A stretch of DNA of 64,000 nt from an uncultured bacterium (GCA_963727255.1 CAVSFC010000002.1:384001-448000); one strand, 5' to 3'. Counted from the first letter of the stretch, positions 1 to 10,711 are shown. Notes: generated by a model from the sequence alone, not told the origin. Numbers and translations: made by a program.

Positions 1-198
1 CTCGATTAGCCCGATTTTATCATGCTTTCGATTTAAATAAGGCAGCGGATTGCATCAAGAATAATAGAAGGCACTCGAAGCGATCCACTCTCATTCACAT
101 TTTGCAAGATCTGCATAAAGATTGATCTTTTATTTTAAAAATTGTTAAGTAAATAAGACAAGCGCATATTCCATCATAAATTTTTTAAGGAGACGAGT

Positions 199-1050
199 AT
201 GAATTGCATTCGAATATTGTGTCTTTTGCTATTGATCAACTGCAAAACACAATCCATGGAGAAACCTGCTCAAGTTCCAAATGCAGCAAACAATGCAAAA
301 CTCGAAATTGTGCAGCTTCCTCCTGCCAAAATAGAGCTATCCGTAGATTCTAAAAAAGAAGATGCTAAAGCAGAAAAAAAGAAAAAGCTCCGCATAAAGA
401 CATCTTTGCTCGAGACAGTCATCAGAGCCGATGCAAACAAAATTAAATTGGGTGGCATTGATGGCCAGACAATTGAATTTAGTGATTATGAAAATGATAA
501 GGAATTATATACGCTCAAATTGCATAAAGCAGGAAGATATTTAGTTAAAGCGCAGTTAGATTTTGCTGATCCCAAACATAAGAAAATTTTTAAAGCGGTT
601 CTAGATAAAGTTGCAAAAAAAGATCTCGCCCAATTAAGTGAGAGAGATAGATATAAATGGCAGCTTCATCGTTTGCGCGCATTCATGGAAATCAAAGATA
701 TTGCGAGAATAAGCAAAGATGCTAGAGACTTTCTTAGAGATGAGAGAAAACAGCTAAAAGAAAGCAAAGATCATGAAAAAACTGAGCAATTGCGCAAAGT
801 AGTACAAGCCGATCATAAAAAACGAAAAGAAAACAAGAAAAATTATACTCACTTAGCAGCACACCGATTGGCATATGTGGCCTCCATTATCGGCGGAAAA
901 CCAGATCGTATTCAAGAAACAATGAAAAAAGATCTTCACATTAAAGATGAGCCCCTATTGCATCTTACTTTAATGGATGAGATTGAACTGTGTAAGCAGC
1001 CATTGCTGTTTGGTGAGAAGCGAGTAGAGCGAATAATTAAAAAACAATAG
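199..1050 (+). CDS. Hypothetical Lys-rich exported protein
   Basis: 283-aa ORF, AAGGAG RBS, hydrophobic N-terminus followed by ..TQS|MEKP; no recognisable domain. Confidence 0.75.
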   Translation: MNCIRILCLLLLINCKTQSMEKPAQVPNAANNAKLEIVQLPPAKIELSVDSKKEDAKAEKKKKLRIKTSLLETVIRADANKIKLGGIDGQTIEFSDYENDKELYTLKLHKAGRYLVKAQLDFADPKHKKIFKAVLDKVAKKDLAQLSERDRYKWQLHRLRAFMEIKDIARISKDARDFLRDERKQLKESKDHEKTEQLRKVVQADHKKRKENKKNYTHLAAHRLAYVASIIGGKPDRIQETMKKDLHIKDEPLLHLTLMDEIELCKQPLLFGEKRVERIIKKQ

Positions 1051-1063
1051 TTTAGAGAATCCC

Positions 1064-1501
1064 TTACGATTCTGACTCGTTAAGAATATATTTGAGACTC
1101 ATTTTGTTTGGTTCTTGAGCAATCACGGATTTTATACGAGGCCTTTTGCTGCAATCCCGTTTCTGGTGTACCATTATGAAACTTGCCGCAAATAAGCGTG
1201 AACAGTACCGGCATGCAGTGTCTCTTGCTGCGACTTTTCTGCGATCGGGATTTTGAGAGCAATAATATTGTTGATGAGAATAAATGTAGTTTTTTGAAAA
1301 TTCTTTATCGCAGTACTCGCAGTTTATTTTACTTTTAACAGGTGCATCTGATGACCGTTGCCATGTGTGGACCGTAAGCCGTTTGCCGGTTGGGAGTCTG
1401 ATTATCTTATCAACTTTTTCTAAACACACCTGATCAATGTGCATGGCAGAAAGGGAATAGCCGGTAGATAACGATATCATCAAAAATAGTAAGCGTTTCA
1501 T
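1064..1501 (-). CDS. Exported protein with two TRAF-type (C-x2-C-x11-H-x4-C) zinc fingers
   Basis: Signal peptide; CEYC..H..C and CRYC..H..C repeats; start overlaps alr stop. Confidence 0.7.
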   Translation of the reverse strand: MKRLLFLMISLSTGYSLSAMHIDQVCLEKVDKIIRLPTGKRLTVHTWQRSSDAPVKSKINCEYCDKEFSKNYIYSHQQYYCSQNPDRRKVAARDTACRYCSRLFAASFIMVHQKRDCSKRPRIKSVIAQEPNKMSLKYILNESES

Positions 1502-2697
1502 ACGATATGCCTTGTGGAATATTGTGGGTGAGTATTTTGAGAATAAACAAGCGGTAATTCTGATTCTATAGCAATGCGCGGGATGAGCGGATTTAATCGT
1601 GTTAAAATTTCTCGTGGGTTAAAGCTTCCAACGATATTTGCCAAGTGAGTTGGAGTTATTTTTTCATAATCGCCCATGATGATCACCTCATCGCCCGGCT
1701 GCACATCAGGAATATGGGTGATATCAACGATGGTTGTTGTCATAGCAATAATGCCGATTACCGGTGCATACTGGCCACGGATAAGCAGGATTCCTTTCGA
1801 GCTCAGGCGCCGATCATAGCCATCAAAATAGCCAACCGGTAAAACCGCTATAGTAGTAGGTTTCGTGGTTTTATAGGTGCGATCGTATCCCACAAATCGA
1901 TCCGCCTCCAAATGCCGCACTTGAAAAACTTTAGTTTTAAAGGTGAGTACCGGTTTTAAATCAAACTCGGGCATCTTATTTTGTGCAATTTCTTTAATGT
2001 AAGCTGAAGGCCACCAACCATATGCGCCCAATCCGACGCGAACAAGATTGGTGTTTTTTGTTTGTAGGGCAGTTGAGCCGGCGCTATTGGAGAGATGCTT
2101 ATATGCAATAGTAATGCCTTCTTGTTCAATGCCATCGAGCACGGCGCTAAATGTTTTTTCTTGTTCTCGATTAAAGCTTTGATCATTATTAGCTGCTTGC
2201 GCCAGATGGCTATAAATTCCTTCGAGATAAATGCCGGGCATCGCAGATGCTTTTCTGATTATCGCAAGCGCATCTTCGGGTAAAAATCCAAAGCGAGACA
2301 TGCCACTATCAATTTTTATATGGATAGCACATTTTTTGCCTGCAGCTAAACCTACTTGATTAAGTTCCTCGAGTGTTTGCAGATCTGCCACCATGGTAGA
2401 AATTCCATGTTCGATAAGTTGAGAAGGATTACCATCAATAAAATAAACAACCAGAATCGGTTTCTTGATCCCATGAGCGCGCAAAGCAAGCGCTTCTGAG
2501 AGAGTGCCGGTGATGAGCCAATCAACCGATATGCTTTGCTGGCAAATTTTGCCAACCTCTATAATTCCATGGCCATAGGCGTTGCTTTTTACTACGATGC
2601 CCAAAGAGCGATTGCCAATAGATTGTTTATACCATTTAAAATTATGTTCTAGTGCAGTTTTATTGATTTCTATCCATGTATGGGGAGCTTGTATCAT
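1498..2697 (-). CDS. alr: Alanine racemase
   Basis: VVKSNAYGHG PLP-Lys motif, HIKIDSGMSRFG, VGYFDGY. Confidence 0.97.
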   Translation of the reverse strand: MIQAPHTWIEINKTALEHNFKWYKQSIGNRSLGIVVKSNAYGHGIIEVGKICQQSISVDWLITGTLSEALALRAHGIKKPILVVYFIDGNPSQLIEHGISTMVADLQTLEELNQVGLAAGKKCAIHIKIDSGMSRFGFLPEDALAIIRKASAMPGIYLEGIYSHLAQAANNDQSFNREQEKTFSAVLDGIEQEGITIAYKHLSNSAGSTALQTKNTNLVRVGLGAYGWWPSAYIKEIAQNKMPEFDLKPVLTFKTKVFQVRHLEADRFVGYDRTYKTTKPTTIAVLPVGYFDGYDRRLSSKGILLIRGQYAPVIGIIAMTTTIVDITHIPDVQPGDEVIIMGDYEKITPTHLANIVGSFNPREILTRLNPLIPRIAIESELPLVYSQNTHPQYSTRHIV

Positions 2698-2875
2698 GAT
2701 TTTTCCATTAATTTTAAAAATCGATGCTTTTTGAATAAGATAGAAAAAATTTTTATTGTACTTAATTATACTCTAATTATTAAAAAAATAACTCCTAAAG
2801 CAAAATTTGACTTTATCAAAAAAAATGAAGTAGCCTTGAAGAGGTAACTTTAATTTTTATAAGGAAGGAGTTGTT

Positions 2876-3766
2876 GTGAATGTTTTAATGAAAAAACAGC
2901 TATTTCTTTGGTTGTTTTTATCATGTGTTGCATTTGAAATGCATGCATGGGAAAACTATACAACCACAGATAATAGTTGTAATGAATGCGATTTAGGAGG
3001 CTTTAGCATCCAAATTCAAGCCGGTATTGCTCCGGTTATTTGGTCTAAAAGAAACAACTTTAGTGTCATAAGTTGTAACTCATCGTTAGGGTGCCCTACT
3101 ACGGCAAGCCCTGTTATTCCTTTGTTTGAAATGCCAAAATTCAATAAATTATTCAAACTTCCCTGGACGATTGGCGGCTTGATTGGATATTGGCTAAGCG
3201 ATTGCGATCAAGTGTATATCGAAGGTAATTATCGTCAGGCAAAAGCTAAAAATAATTATACCATTGCTCCAACGATAACCCTTCCTCTTTTTGCACTTCA
3301 GCCGCAATTTGTATTTGGCACTACAACAAAATATAAATTCTATGATTTCTTTGTAGGCGCACGCCATTATTTTGATATGTGCTGGTGCGATTCATCATTT
3401 TTTCTAGGCGGGCAAGTAGGATTAGTTCATCATAAAGAAGTAGATTTCACGCTTACTGTTTCCTCGCTTACCAATACCTGTAATCCAGCGTATACCACCG
3501 GCTGCAATGTTCTTTTTGGAAAAAATACTCGAATTGCAGGTGGCGCGAGCATCGGATTTGACTATAGTTTCTGCGGTTGCTTTGGGTTTATAATAATGGC
3601 AGAATTCATTGCAACATGCGGTCCATGCGGAAATCAACTCATTACCTTTGCTCCGTGCACAGCGGATTTAGTATTGCCTGAATTAAGACCTGATGCCTTC
3701 ATTGTTGGTAGTATTGGTAATGAATTTTATTTCCCTATTACCGTTGGCCTCGAATATAAATTTTAA
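2876..3766 (+). CDS. Cys-rich outer-membrane beta-barrel-like protein (likely start 2888)
   Basis: Signal peptide, amphipathic strands, C-terminal VGLEYKF; paralog at 42435-43341. Confidence 0.7.
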   Translation: MNVLMKKQLFLWLFLSCVAFEMHAWENYTTTDNSCNECDLGGFSIQIQAGIAPVIWSKRNNFSVISCNSSLGCPTTASPVIPLFEMPKFNKLFKLPWTIGGLIGYWLSDCDQVYIEGNYRQAKAKNNYTIAPTITLPLFALQPQFVFGTTTKYKFYDFFVGARHYFDMCWCDSSFFLGGQVGLVHHKEVDFTLTVSSLTNTCNPAYTTGCNVLFGKNTRIAGGASIGFDYSFCGCFGFIIMAEFIATCGPCGNQLITFAPCTADLVLPELRPDAFIVGSIGNEFYFPITVGLEYKF

Positions 3767-3790
3767 TTAATTTTTTTAAAAGGAGTTTTC

Positions 3791-4456
3791 ATGAAATTAT
3801 TTAATAAAAATAAAGTATTCGCACTAGCAATACTTTGCCTGTTTGCTTCTCTCGTGCAAGCATCATGCCCAGTAACATGCCCAACCGGCGTAGGCTCTCC
3901 ACGTTTTTGCAGCTTAGCAGTAACAGGAGCTTTAAGCGCAGGTAGCTTATGCGTTCAGGGAAATGAGTCAGTAGGTGGCAGCTTATCAGTATGCGGAACC
4001 GGAACCAGCTTTGTATCACTAACGGGTGGAGCGGGATTAACGGGCCCTATTCCTTTCTCAACCCTATCAGCATTCGGATTTGCTTATGATCCTGCTATTG
4101 CTCAAGCTGTTACGGCCGGAAACAATACAGTCGATTTGACTCTCAGCAGCGCTCTCTTAAATACAACGTTTGCAGCAGATGCATTAACGCCGTTGATTTC
4201 TGGAATCTATTTAATTCGTTATATTGTTGATTTAAACCCAACTGATATCGGGGCTGCCGGTACATTCTCAATTTTTGTGAATGGCGCGACAGTTGCAGGT
4301 AGCCAATTTGCTGTAACTGCTACTGAAACCGGAGCAGTAGTTGGGCAAGCTGTTGTTGCTGTTGTTGCTGGGCAATCAGTTATTATTAATTTTGCTTCTG
4401 CCTCAGCTGGTACAATAACAGGAACGGCATCATTGGCATTAGAAAAAATCGGCTAA
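3791..4456 (+). CDS. Exported surface protein, Cys-rich N-terminus plus BclA C-terminal/C1q-like beta domain
   Basis: Signal peptide; SCPVTCP..SLSVCG; SGIYLIRYIV..FSIFVNG..ASLALEKIG pattern. Confidence 0.6.
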   Translation: MKLFNKNKVFALAILCLFASLVQASCPVTCPTGVGSPRFCSLAVTGALSAGSLCVQGNESVGGSLSVCGTGTSFVSLTGGAGLTGPIPFSTLSAFGFAYDPAIAQAVTAGNNTVDLTLSSALLNTTFAADALTPLISGIYLIRYIVDLNPTDIGAAGTFSIFVNGATVAGSQFAVTATETGAVVGQAVVAVVAGQSVIINFASASAGTITGTASLALEKIG

Positions 4457-4465
4457 GTTTTATTG

Positions 4466-4514
4466 TATACAAACAAAAAAACCCCGGAATTTCCGGGGTT
4501 TTTTTGTTTGTATA
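4466..4514. terminator. Bidirectional intrinsic terminator
   Basis: Long perfect IR tatacaaacaaaaaaaccccggaa-t-ttccggggtttttttgtttgtata between convergent genes. Confidence 0.9.
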
Positions 4515-4525
4515 AGCGCTATACG

Positions 4526-5134
4526 TTACTTATCTTCAGATTTATTTTCCTCTCTAATTATAACCGGAATTTTGGTTATTGGCTTTTTACGTAACGGTAT
4601 GCAAGCAACCAGTTTTTGCATTGCTTGATCATACTCAATGTGCGATTCTTCAAGCGCTATTTCGCTGCTTAGTCTTTGAGCGTTTTGGCAGTAACTGCTG
4701 ATCAAAATCTGTGCTTTATTATTTTTTTGATCCTGTTGCTGTTTCATCAGATGATTAAATCCAACAGAAATTAAATGGCGATCAGTCTGAATTTGCAGGG
4801 ATCCTACCGGAGTTGAGATTGTCATGGTATTAGTATCTTGATCCATGGATGCATCAAAAGTTTTTTCTTTAATATCAAGAGGGTAAATGCTGATTTCTAA
4901 GCAATTATTTGCTTTATTTTCATGGATTGTAAGTACGGGCGAATTGATATCATTATTTGGTGGAGCAGTGAACGCCATTTTCATCTCTTCATGCATGCGG
5001 TTCATGCGTTGCTCAAACCGCATCTGCATTTCATCGATCTCATTAATAATTTCTTCAAAAAATGATTTTGGTGCCGCAGCGCAGGCAGTGCCGATAAGTA
5101 AAGAAAGCAGCAATTGTTTATTAAGACTGAGCAT
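4526..5134 (-). CDS. Exported Hsp20/alpha-crystallin-like protein
   Basis: Signal peptide, Met-rich helical N-region (EIDEMQMRFEQRM), C-terminal 'IEYDQ..LVACIP..K..IPV' pattern. Confidence 0.5.
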   Translation of the reverse strand: MLSLNKQLLLSLLIGTACAAAPKSFFEEIINEIDEMQMRFEQRMNRMHEEMKMAFTAPPNNDINSPVLTIHENKANNCLEISIYPLDIKEKTFDASMDQDTNTMTISTPVGSLQIQTDRHLISVGFNHLMKQQQDQKNNKAQILISSYCQNAQRLSSEIALEESHIEYDQAMQKLVACIPLRKKPITKIPVIIREENKSEDK

Positions 5135-5209
5135 ACTAATGCCTCCTATAGTTAAAGGTTAATGGTTGTGATTTCTATTATTATTAAGTAATAAATTTTT
5201 TTTAGAATT

Positions 5210-6496
5210 TCAAGTGGTTAGTGCCCTTAGCCGCTCTGAGTTAGGTGCCAGTTTCTTTGCAATACTCATTGCAGAAACAATTGCATTATTATGCGAATCG
5301 GCATCATGAGTATAAAATCCGGCAATCCAAAGATTATGATCCCCTTGCAAAGATTCGAGTTCCTTTTGCCCGGTAAAATAGCCATAATTTACTATGGGAT
5401 GGTAAAAATGCCTGAGATCATAGAGTGGGTGCGGCATCGGATTTTCTGCCGGAACTCCCACAGGATAGGTGATCCAACTTCTAAAAACTCCTACTTCTCG
5501 CATCCATGGTTTGCAAATAGTAAGGGCGCTGTTGATCCCATCATAGCGAATGTTCACCACTGCCCAATCGGCTTCATCTGGCGGCATCAATCGCCGATCT
5601 CCATGAATCGCGATCGTGGTATAAAAATATTCTACTAATGCCAGGGCTGCCCGAAAATATTCTGCATGGCCGATATTCTTAAGCAGCTCTTTTGCCGTCA
5701 TTGCATTGGTTGCAATAATCAAATGATCAAAAGAATGGCGTTGGCCATTTGCTTGCGTGATATTGTATTGATTGTCTGCATAAGCGATGTCAATAATTTC
5801 TGCTGAATGAATGATAGTAGTTTGCTTTAATTCTGCTACAAGTGCATTAATATAGGTGCTCATGCCCCCAACAACCTCATTCCACTGGGCAGCAGCAATA
5901 TGAGCCGGCTCATTGACCCGCGCCCATTTGATGATATCGTATGCGGCAAACTTTTTCATATCTTCGGGGCTCACTCCCCACGATGCGCCAAAAAAAGGAT
6001 AGAGAAAATGCTCTTTAAATTCTTGAGTGAGCATAATGGTGTCGGCAAAATCGCTTAATGTGATTCCAATATCCTCCGTTGCCATAATATTTGCGCCTGC
6101 GCTAATAAAATGGTTTAACTGCGTCAGATCAAAAAGTGTGTGCGGATTCAGCGATTGCCACGCGAGTGCACCATCATGAATTGGCGGCAATGATACTTTT
6201 TTGCCATTATGGGTATGATAAAAGGTATAGGTGAGCGGATATTTGCGCGTGGGGACGTTAAGGATCTCTAATAATCTATTGAACTGCGGAAACATCATGT
6301 CAGAAAAAAATTCAACCCCCGCTTCAACAGGAATAGTTTTTCCCTTAATGGTTATTGGGACAGTGCAGACATGCCCGCCAAGCCGATCTTCTTTTTCAAA
6401 AATAGTAACATGGTGATGTTGGTCAAGGAGCCATGCACTCGCGAGCCCCGATGCGCCGGCGCCAATAATTCCGATATTAAGTTTATTTTTTTCCAT
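5210..6496 (-). CDS. FAD-dependent oxidoreductase (amine oxidase-like)
   Basis: IGIIGAGASG Rossmann motif, FEKEDRLGGH, LQGDHNLWIAG. Confidence 0.88.
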   Translation of the reverse strand: MEKNKLNIGIIGAGASGLASAWLLDQHHHVTIFEKEDRLGGHVCTVPITIKGKTIPVEAGVEFFSDMMFPQFNRLLEILNVPTRKYPLTYTFYHTHNGKKVSLPPIHDGALAWQSLNPHTLFDLTQLNHFISAGANIMATEDIGITLSDFADTIMLTQEFKEHFLYPFFGASWGVSPEDMKKFAAYDIIKWARVNEPAHIAAAQWNEVVGGMSTYINALVAELKQTTIIHSAEIIDIAYADNQYNITQANGQRHSFDHLIIATNAMTAKELLKNIGHAEYFRAALALVEYFYTTIAIHGDRRLMPPDEADWAVVNIRYDGINSALTICKPWMREVGVFRSWITYPVGVPAENPMPHPLYDLRHFYHPIVNYGYFTGQKELESLQGDHNLWIAGFYTHDADSHNNAIVSAMSIAKKLAPNSERLRALTT

Positions 6497-6546
6497 GCGA
6501 AAGACTTTTTGATTACTCTAGCATGGCGATGTGAGGAAAATAAATA

Positions 6547-7107
6547 TTACTTCGGTAAATAGATCATTGAGCCCTTAGTAATATCCTCTTTGGTGAGATT
6601 CCCCTTTAATGCCAAACCCCGTTCATTGGAGGTCTTGCTCCAATCAAAAGGTAAAATTCCCTCAGCTGATCTAAATCCAAGAAGTGGCCCCGTTTGCGGC
6701 CCAAAGATATAACCATTCGCTTCAATAGATGTTTTTCCGAAGAGCGATTTGAGCGTCTCTTTAAATTTCTCTTTTTCAGCCGGAAGCCCGACGCGAATGA
6801 TAATTTTTTTGTTTGGCTTAATAATATAGGTGTCAATCCGATCGCCAGCAACTGGCATTTTGCCCAATTTTATTGCAATGATAGTTGGCTTGCTTGTGTC
6901 GATAGTTTTAGCCGGGGTCCATTTGCCTGGGCGCAATTCCTCAAATTTTTTATGGCTTGCCTCTTCGGGAGAATTGCTCACGCTGTAATAGAGCGGATCA
7001 TTGTGTTTGTTCCAAAGCTCAAAGTTTGAATCAGCGATTAAAGGAAATGCAAAGCCACTCATGGATAAAAAGATTGCGATAAAACTATTTCTTATTATAT
7101 GCTTCAT
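6547..7107 (-). CDS. Hypothetical exported protein
   Basis: 186-aa ORF with signal-peptide-like N-terminus. Confidence 0.7.
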   Translation of the reverse strand: MKHIIRNSFIAIFLSMSGFAFPLIADSNFELWNKHNDPLYYSVSNSPEEASHKKFEELRPGKWTPAKTIDTSKPTIIAIKLGKMPVAGDRIDTYIIKPNKKIIIRVGLPAEKEKFKETLKSLFGKTSIEANGYIFGPQTGPLLGFRSAEGILPFDWSKTSNERGLALKGNLTKEDITKGSMIYLPK

Positions 7108-7243
7108 ATTTTTTCCTTACTAAGGAATATTCCTATTTATTACTAAAATAGCAGATTGGCAATGAATAAATCAATAGTTTTTATAAATAGGAAATAAATA
7201 ATACTCTACTCCCCAAAAAATTAAGACATAGATATAAGCATAT

Positions 7244-7276
7244 AAAAAAAAAGGGAGCCGTGCTCCCTTTTTTTTT
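7244..7276. terminator. Terminator-like hairpin
   Basis: A9-gggagc-cgt-gctccc-T9. Confidence 0.6.
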
Positions 7277-7365
7277 ACTTTTTCAATAATTCTAATGCTG
7301 AACTAGCTAGCATGTTTTACAATCTCTGATACCCTTATAAAAAGCGCATATAAACGGAACTTTTC

Positions 7366-8100
7366 ATGGATAAAAAAAATAAACCACAAGGCGAACTCAT
7401 TTACGGGATTCACCCGATTATCGAGGTGCTTAAGGCAAAACGCCGCAAAGTAATCTCAATTTACACCACGCGTCCAACTCCTAAGGCTTGGGCCAAAATT
7501 GAAAAATTATTGCCAGAACGGCCCATTCCCATTCAATATGTGAGCCGCGATGTTTTGAGTAATATGGCAAAGACTGATGATCATCAAGGGGTTGTTGCCT
7601 GGGTGCAACATTTTCCTTTCCGCAGCAAGGCCTTTGATCCTGCTAAGCACAAATTCTTAGTGCTCCTTGATGGGATTCAAGATCCTCGGAATGTGGGAGC
7701 GATTTTGCGATCTGCCTATTGCACGGGAGTTGATGGAGTAATTTTAGTAGAACGGTTTGCGGCTCCTTTAAATTCGGCCGCCTTAAAATCTTCGGCAGGC
7801 CTTGCAGAGCATCTAGAAATCATGGTTGCTCAAACGACTCCCGCAATCATCCAAAATCTTAAAGCTGCCGGCTATACTATCTATTGCGCTGCTTTTGGCG
7901 GAAAAAATGCTCAAGAAGTTGCATTCGAGCAACCAATGTGCGTGGTTATTGGCAGTGAAGGGGAAGGGATTATACCGGCAGTCTTAAAAGCCGGAATTCA
8001 GGTTACCTTGCCCCAAAGAACGGCCGAAATTTCTTATAATGCCTCTGTTGCTGCAGGAATTTTGCTCTTTTTGATCGGAACCCAGCAGAAGAAAATCTAA
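7366..8100 (+). CDS. rlmB: SpoU/TrmH-family RNA 2'-O-methyltransferase (RlmB-like)
   Basis: IYGIHPI, HQGVVA, LDGIQDPRNVGAILRS, IGSEGEG, SYNASVAAGI. Confidence 0.9.
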   Translation: MDKKNKPQGELIYGIHPIIEVLKAKRRKVISIYTTRPTPKAWAKIEKLLPERPIPIQYVSRDVLSNMAKTDDHQGVVAWVQHFPFRSKAFDPAKHKFLVLLDGIQDPRNVGAILRSAYCTGVDGVILVERFAAPLNSAALKSSAGLAEHLEIMVAQTTPAIIQNLKAAGYTIYCAAFGGKNAQEVAFEQPMCVVIGSEGEGIIPAVLKAGIQVTLPQRTAEISYNASVAAGILLFLIGTQQKKI

Positions 8101-9299
8101 AAATGTATTAGAGTTTCCAAATCTAAGATCTCAGCGCTGCTGAAGGTGGGATGCCAGAGAAGATATTTGCTATCGGAGCTGCAAGAGCTTGTCCTGCTAT
8201 TCGATTCAGGCTTGCGGATGCTTTTTAGTAAAATAATTGTCTTGGGGTTTACGATATCGATATCCTTCTCATCCTCAAGAATGAGATATTTTTCATCAGG
8301 AGAAAAATAGGTAGATTTGGGGGACCATTCCCTCAAAGTGACCAGAGATTTGATATCGGCACCGCTTTGTGCAGAGCATTTCCAGCACATAGAATCTTCT
8401 AGCATGATGCACAGATCAAGATTTTTTGTTGAGGCTAAATGTCGGCCTGATTTCTCATTTTTTCTTCCCGCTGGAAAAATAAGCTCGCCTATCCCCTTAT
8501 CATCTTTAATTTGAATTCGTGAGAAGTCAGGATTAAAAAGAAATGAGCTGAGACCAGCAGACAAACATTCATGGCTAATTTTTTTTAGGGCAGTAAAGTT
8601 CTTTGTTTCAAAAAAAGATAGTGTGATGCCATTTTTTATTATCAATTGCGTGCCTTCGGTATTAAAGAGTGGCGAGTTTCCTTCCAATGCTGCAATTTCT
8701 TTCTTGTTCTTCAAATTAATGATACTAACCACTTGATTATTTTTTTTTCTGATTTCACAAGCTACTAAACTGTCATCAGGACTAAAAATAGTTGAAAATT
8801 TATTTTTAACAAAGTAAGCATCGGAAGAATCTTTAAGGGCGAGAACTTCTTCTTCTGCTGAAATTTGATGAACTTCTAAACTATCTTTATTGGGCTGGTA
8901 TACCACATATGTATCTTTCGGGCTAATGCCGGGGATATCAAAAAGTACTGTTTTATATGTTTTTAATAGTTTGCCCGAAATTGTACTCCAGATATGTAAA
9001 TTATTTTCTGGGTAACGTGCGGTTTCCAGGCCCCAATAATAGTTGCCCTGCGGGCTAAATCTATGTGAAAGCAATTGTCGCCTGTTTATTTCAAGCGAAT
9101 GTTCCCACTCGATCTTATTTTGGCTTATTTTATAAAGTGCTAGTGCGTATTCAGTTGCTACCATCAATTGCGAATTTTTCGGATGCCAGCATGCATGATT
9201 GATTGATGATAGATAAGAATCAGACTTTAAGCGCTTCGGGGTTTTCTCCATTGCCATAAGCACAGGTGAAAAAATGAAGAGTAATAATACAATGTACAT
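8097..9299 (-). CDS. Exported WD40-like beta-propeller protein
   Basis: Repeated FSP(D/Q)G/FSPDD motifs; signal peptide ..LMA|MEK; paralog of the adjacent gene. Confidence 0.75.
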   Translation of the reverse strand: MYIVLLLFIFSPVLMAMEKTPKRLKSDSYLSSINHACWHPKNSQLMVATEYALALYKISQNKIEWEHSLEINRRQLLSHRFSPQGNYYWGLETARYPENNLHIWSTISGKLLKTYKTVLFDIPGISPKDTYVVYQPNKDSLEVHQISAEEEVLALKDSSDAYFVKNKFSTIFSPDDSLVACEIRKKNNQVVSIINLKNKKEIAALEGNSPLFNTEGTQLIIKNGITLSFFETKNFTALKKISHECLSAGLSSFLFNPDFSRIQIKDDKGIGELIFPAGRKNEKSGRHLASTKNLDLCIMLEDSMCWKCSAQSGADIKSLVTLREWSPKSTYFSPDEKYLILEDEKDIDIVNPKTIILLKSIRKPESNSRTSSCSSDSKYLLWHPTFSSAEILDLETLIHF

Positions 9300-9310
9300 T
9301 TGGGTATGCT

Positions 9311-10711
9311 TTAAGGAATGTTTTGTTTATTTATGATACTATTGGGATTTTCCGCATTATTAGTTTCAAGATTTCCCTTTTTTTTGAGCTGCATGGAAAA
9401 GAAATTTATTGGTTTATACGTTTGCAAATCGATAACCTGAAGACTTGTGCTGGTCGGGTGCCAAACAAGATATTTACCATCAGAATTCACTGAGCTTGTT
9501 TTGATACTTGCATCCTTCTGTAAAGATTTAAGTAATTTATTGGTTACAACATCTAAAATGCACAGATTCTTCAGGTCTTCAAGAATCAGATATTTTTCTT
9601 GTGAAGAGAAGTAACCAATTTTAGGTTTACATTCAACAGGAAGATGTTTAAAAACAGTTTCCTTGTAGATGCTATTTAGTTCTACCCTATCATAACGGAT
9701 AAGATTACCATTTCTCTGTATGATGCTTTTACCGAGATCTACTGAAGACGCTAAGACATCTTGATATGGAAAAGTATCTTGATATGTAAAAGTATTCTCC
9801 TTTTTTCCATGTGATTGATCAATTTTAAAAAGATACTCAGTTGGAATTCCGCGATCTGCATATCGGTTAGGTTTGAGCGCTTTTCTAACATGAAGAAAAG
9901 AAAAATCAGGATTAAGAAAAGCAGCCGAAGGAATATCAAGTAAAGAATTGGTAAATTTTTTTAGCAAAGAAAATTTTTTAGTATCATAAAAACACAATGA
10001 ATTATCCTTATTTACCGCAAGTTCAGTGCCGCTGGCGTTAAATCGCGGTGAATTTCCTATTAATTTTGCATTTTCTTCTTTAGTTTTCAAATTAATAATA
10101 TGAACCAACTGTTCCAGTACGGCGCAATGAATCTTCTCACTCGTATCTTTGCTTTCGCATGCAAGAAAAGTGTCATCAGGGCTAAAAACAATTGCAAATT
10201 TGTTCTTAGTATATAAGGTTTTACCCGTATCTTTAAGGATGATGTGCGGAGCTTGTTCTGCTTTTCCGGAAATTTCATGAACTTCTAAAGTATCTTTATC
10301 TGGCTGGCATAGAACATGTGAATCGTGGGGACTTATAGGGTGAATATCCAAAAGTTCTGTTTTGTATGTTTTTAACAGTTTGCCCGAAATTGCACTCCAT
10401 AGGCTTAAACTATTCATCAGTGAATAGGGAATAGTTTTAATGCCCCAATAATAATTTCCCTGAGGACTAAATTGTTGGGAAATCAATTGTTGCTTGTTTG
10501 TTTCAAGCACACATTCCGGCTCGATTCCTCTTTGAGTAATTGTATAGAGCGTGAGCGTGCGATTGCGTGATATCATCAATTGGGCAGCGTTCGGATGCCA
10601 GCAGACATTATCTACTGATTCCATTACAGAATTTGTTTTCAGGTGAACTGATAGTTTCTCCATACCCGTGAGCATCGGAGAAAAAATGAAGAGTAATAAT
10701 ACAATGTACAT
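9311..10711 (-). CDS. Exported WD40-like beta-propeller protein (tandem paralog)
   Basis: Same MYIVLLLFIFSP start; shared CWHP, FSPQGNYYWG, ISGKLLKTYKT. Confidence 0.75.
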   Translation of the reverse strand: MYIVLLLFIFSPMLTGMEKLSVHLKTNSVMESVDNVCWHPNAAQLMISRNRTLTLYTITQRGIEPECVLETNKQQLISQQFSPQGNYYWGIKTIPYSLMNSLSLWSAISGKLLKTYKTELLDIHPISPHDSHVLCQPDKDTLEVHEISGKAEQAPHIILKDTGKTLYTKNKFAIVFSPDDTFLACESKDTSEKIHCAVLEQLVHIINLKTKEENAKLIGNSPRFNASGTELAVNKDNSLCFYDTKKFSLLKKFTNSLLDIPSAAFLNPDFSFLHVRKALKPNRYADRGIPTEYLFKIDQSHGKKENTFTYQDTFPYQDVLASSVDLGKSIIQRNGNLIRYDRVELNSIYKETVFKHLPVECKPKIGYFSSQEKYLILEDLKNLCILDVVTNKLLKSLQKDASIKTSSVNSDGKYLVWHPTSTSLQVIDLQTYKPINFFSMQLKKKGNLETNNAENPNSIINKQNIP

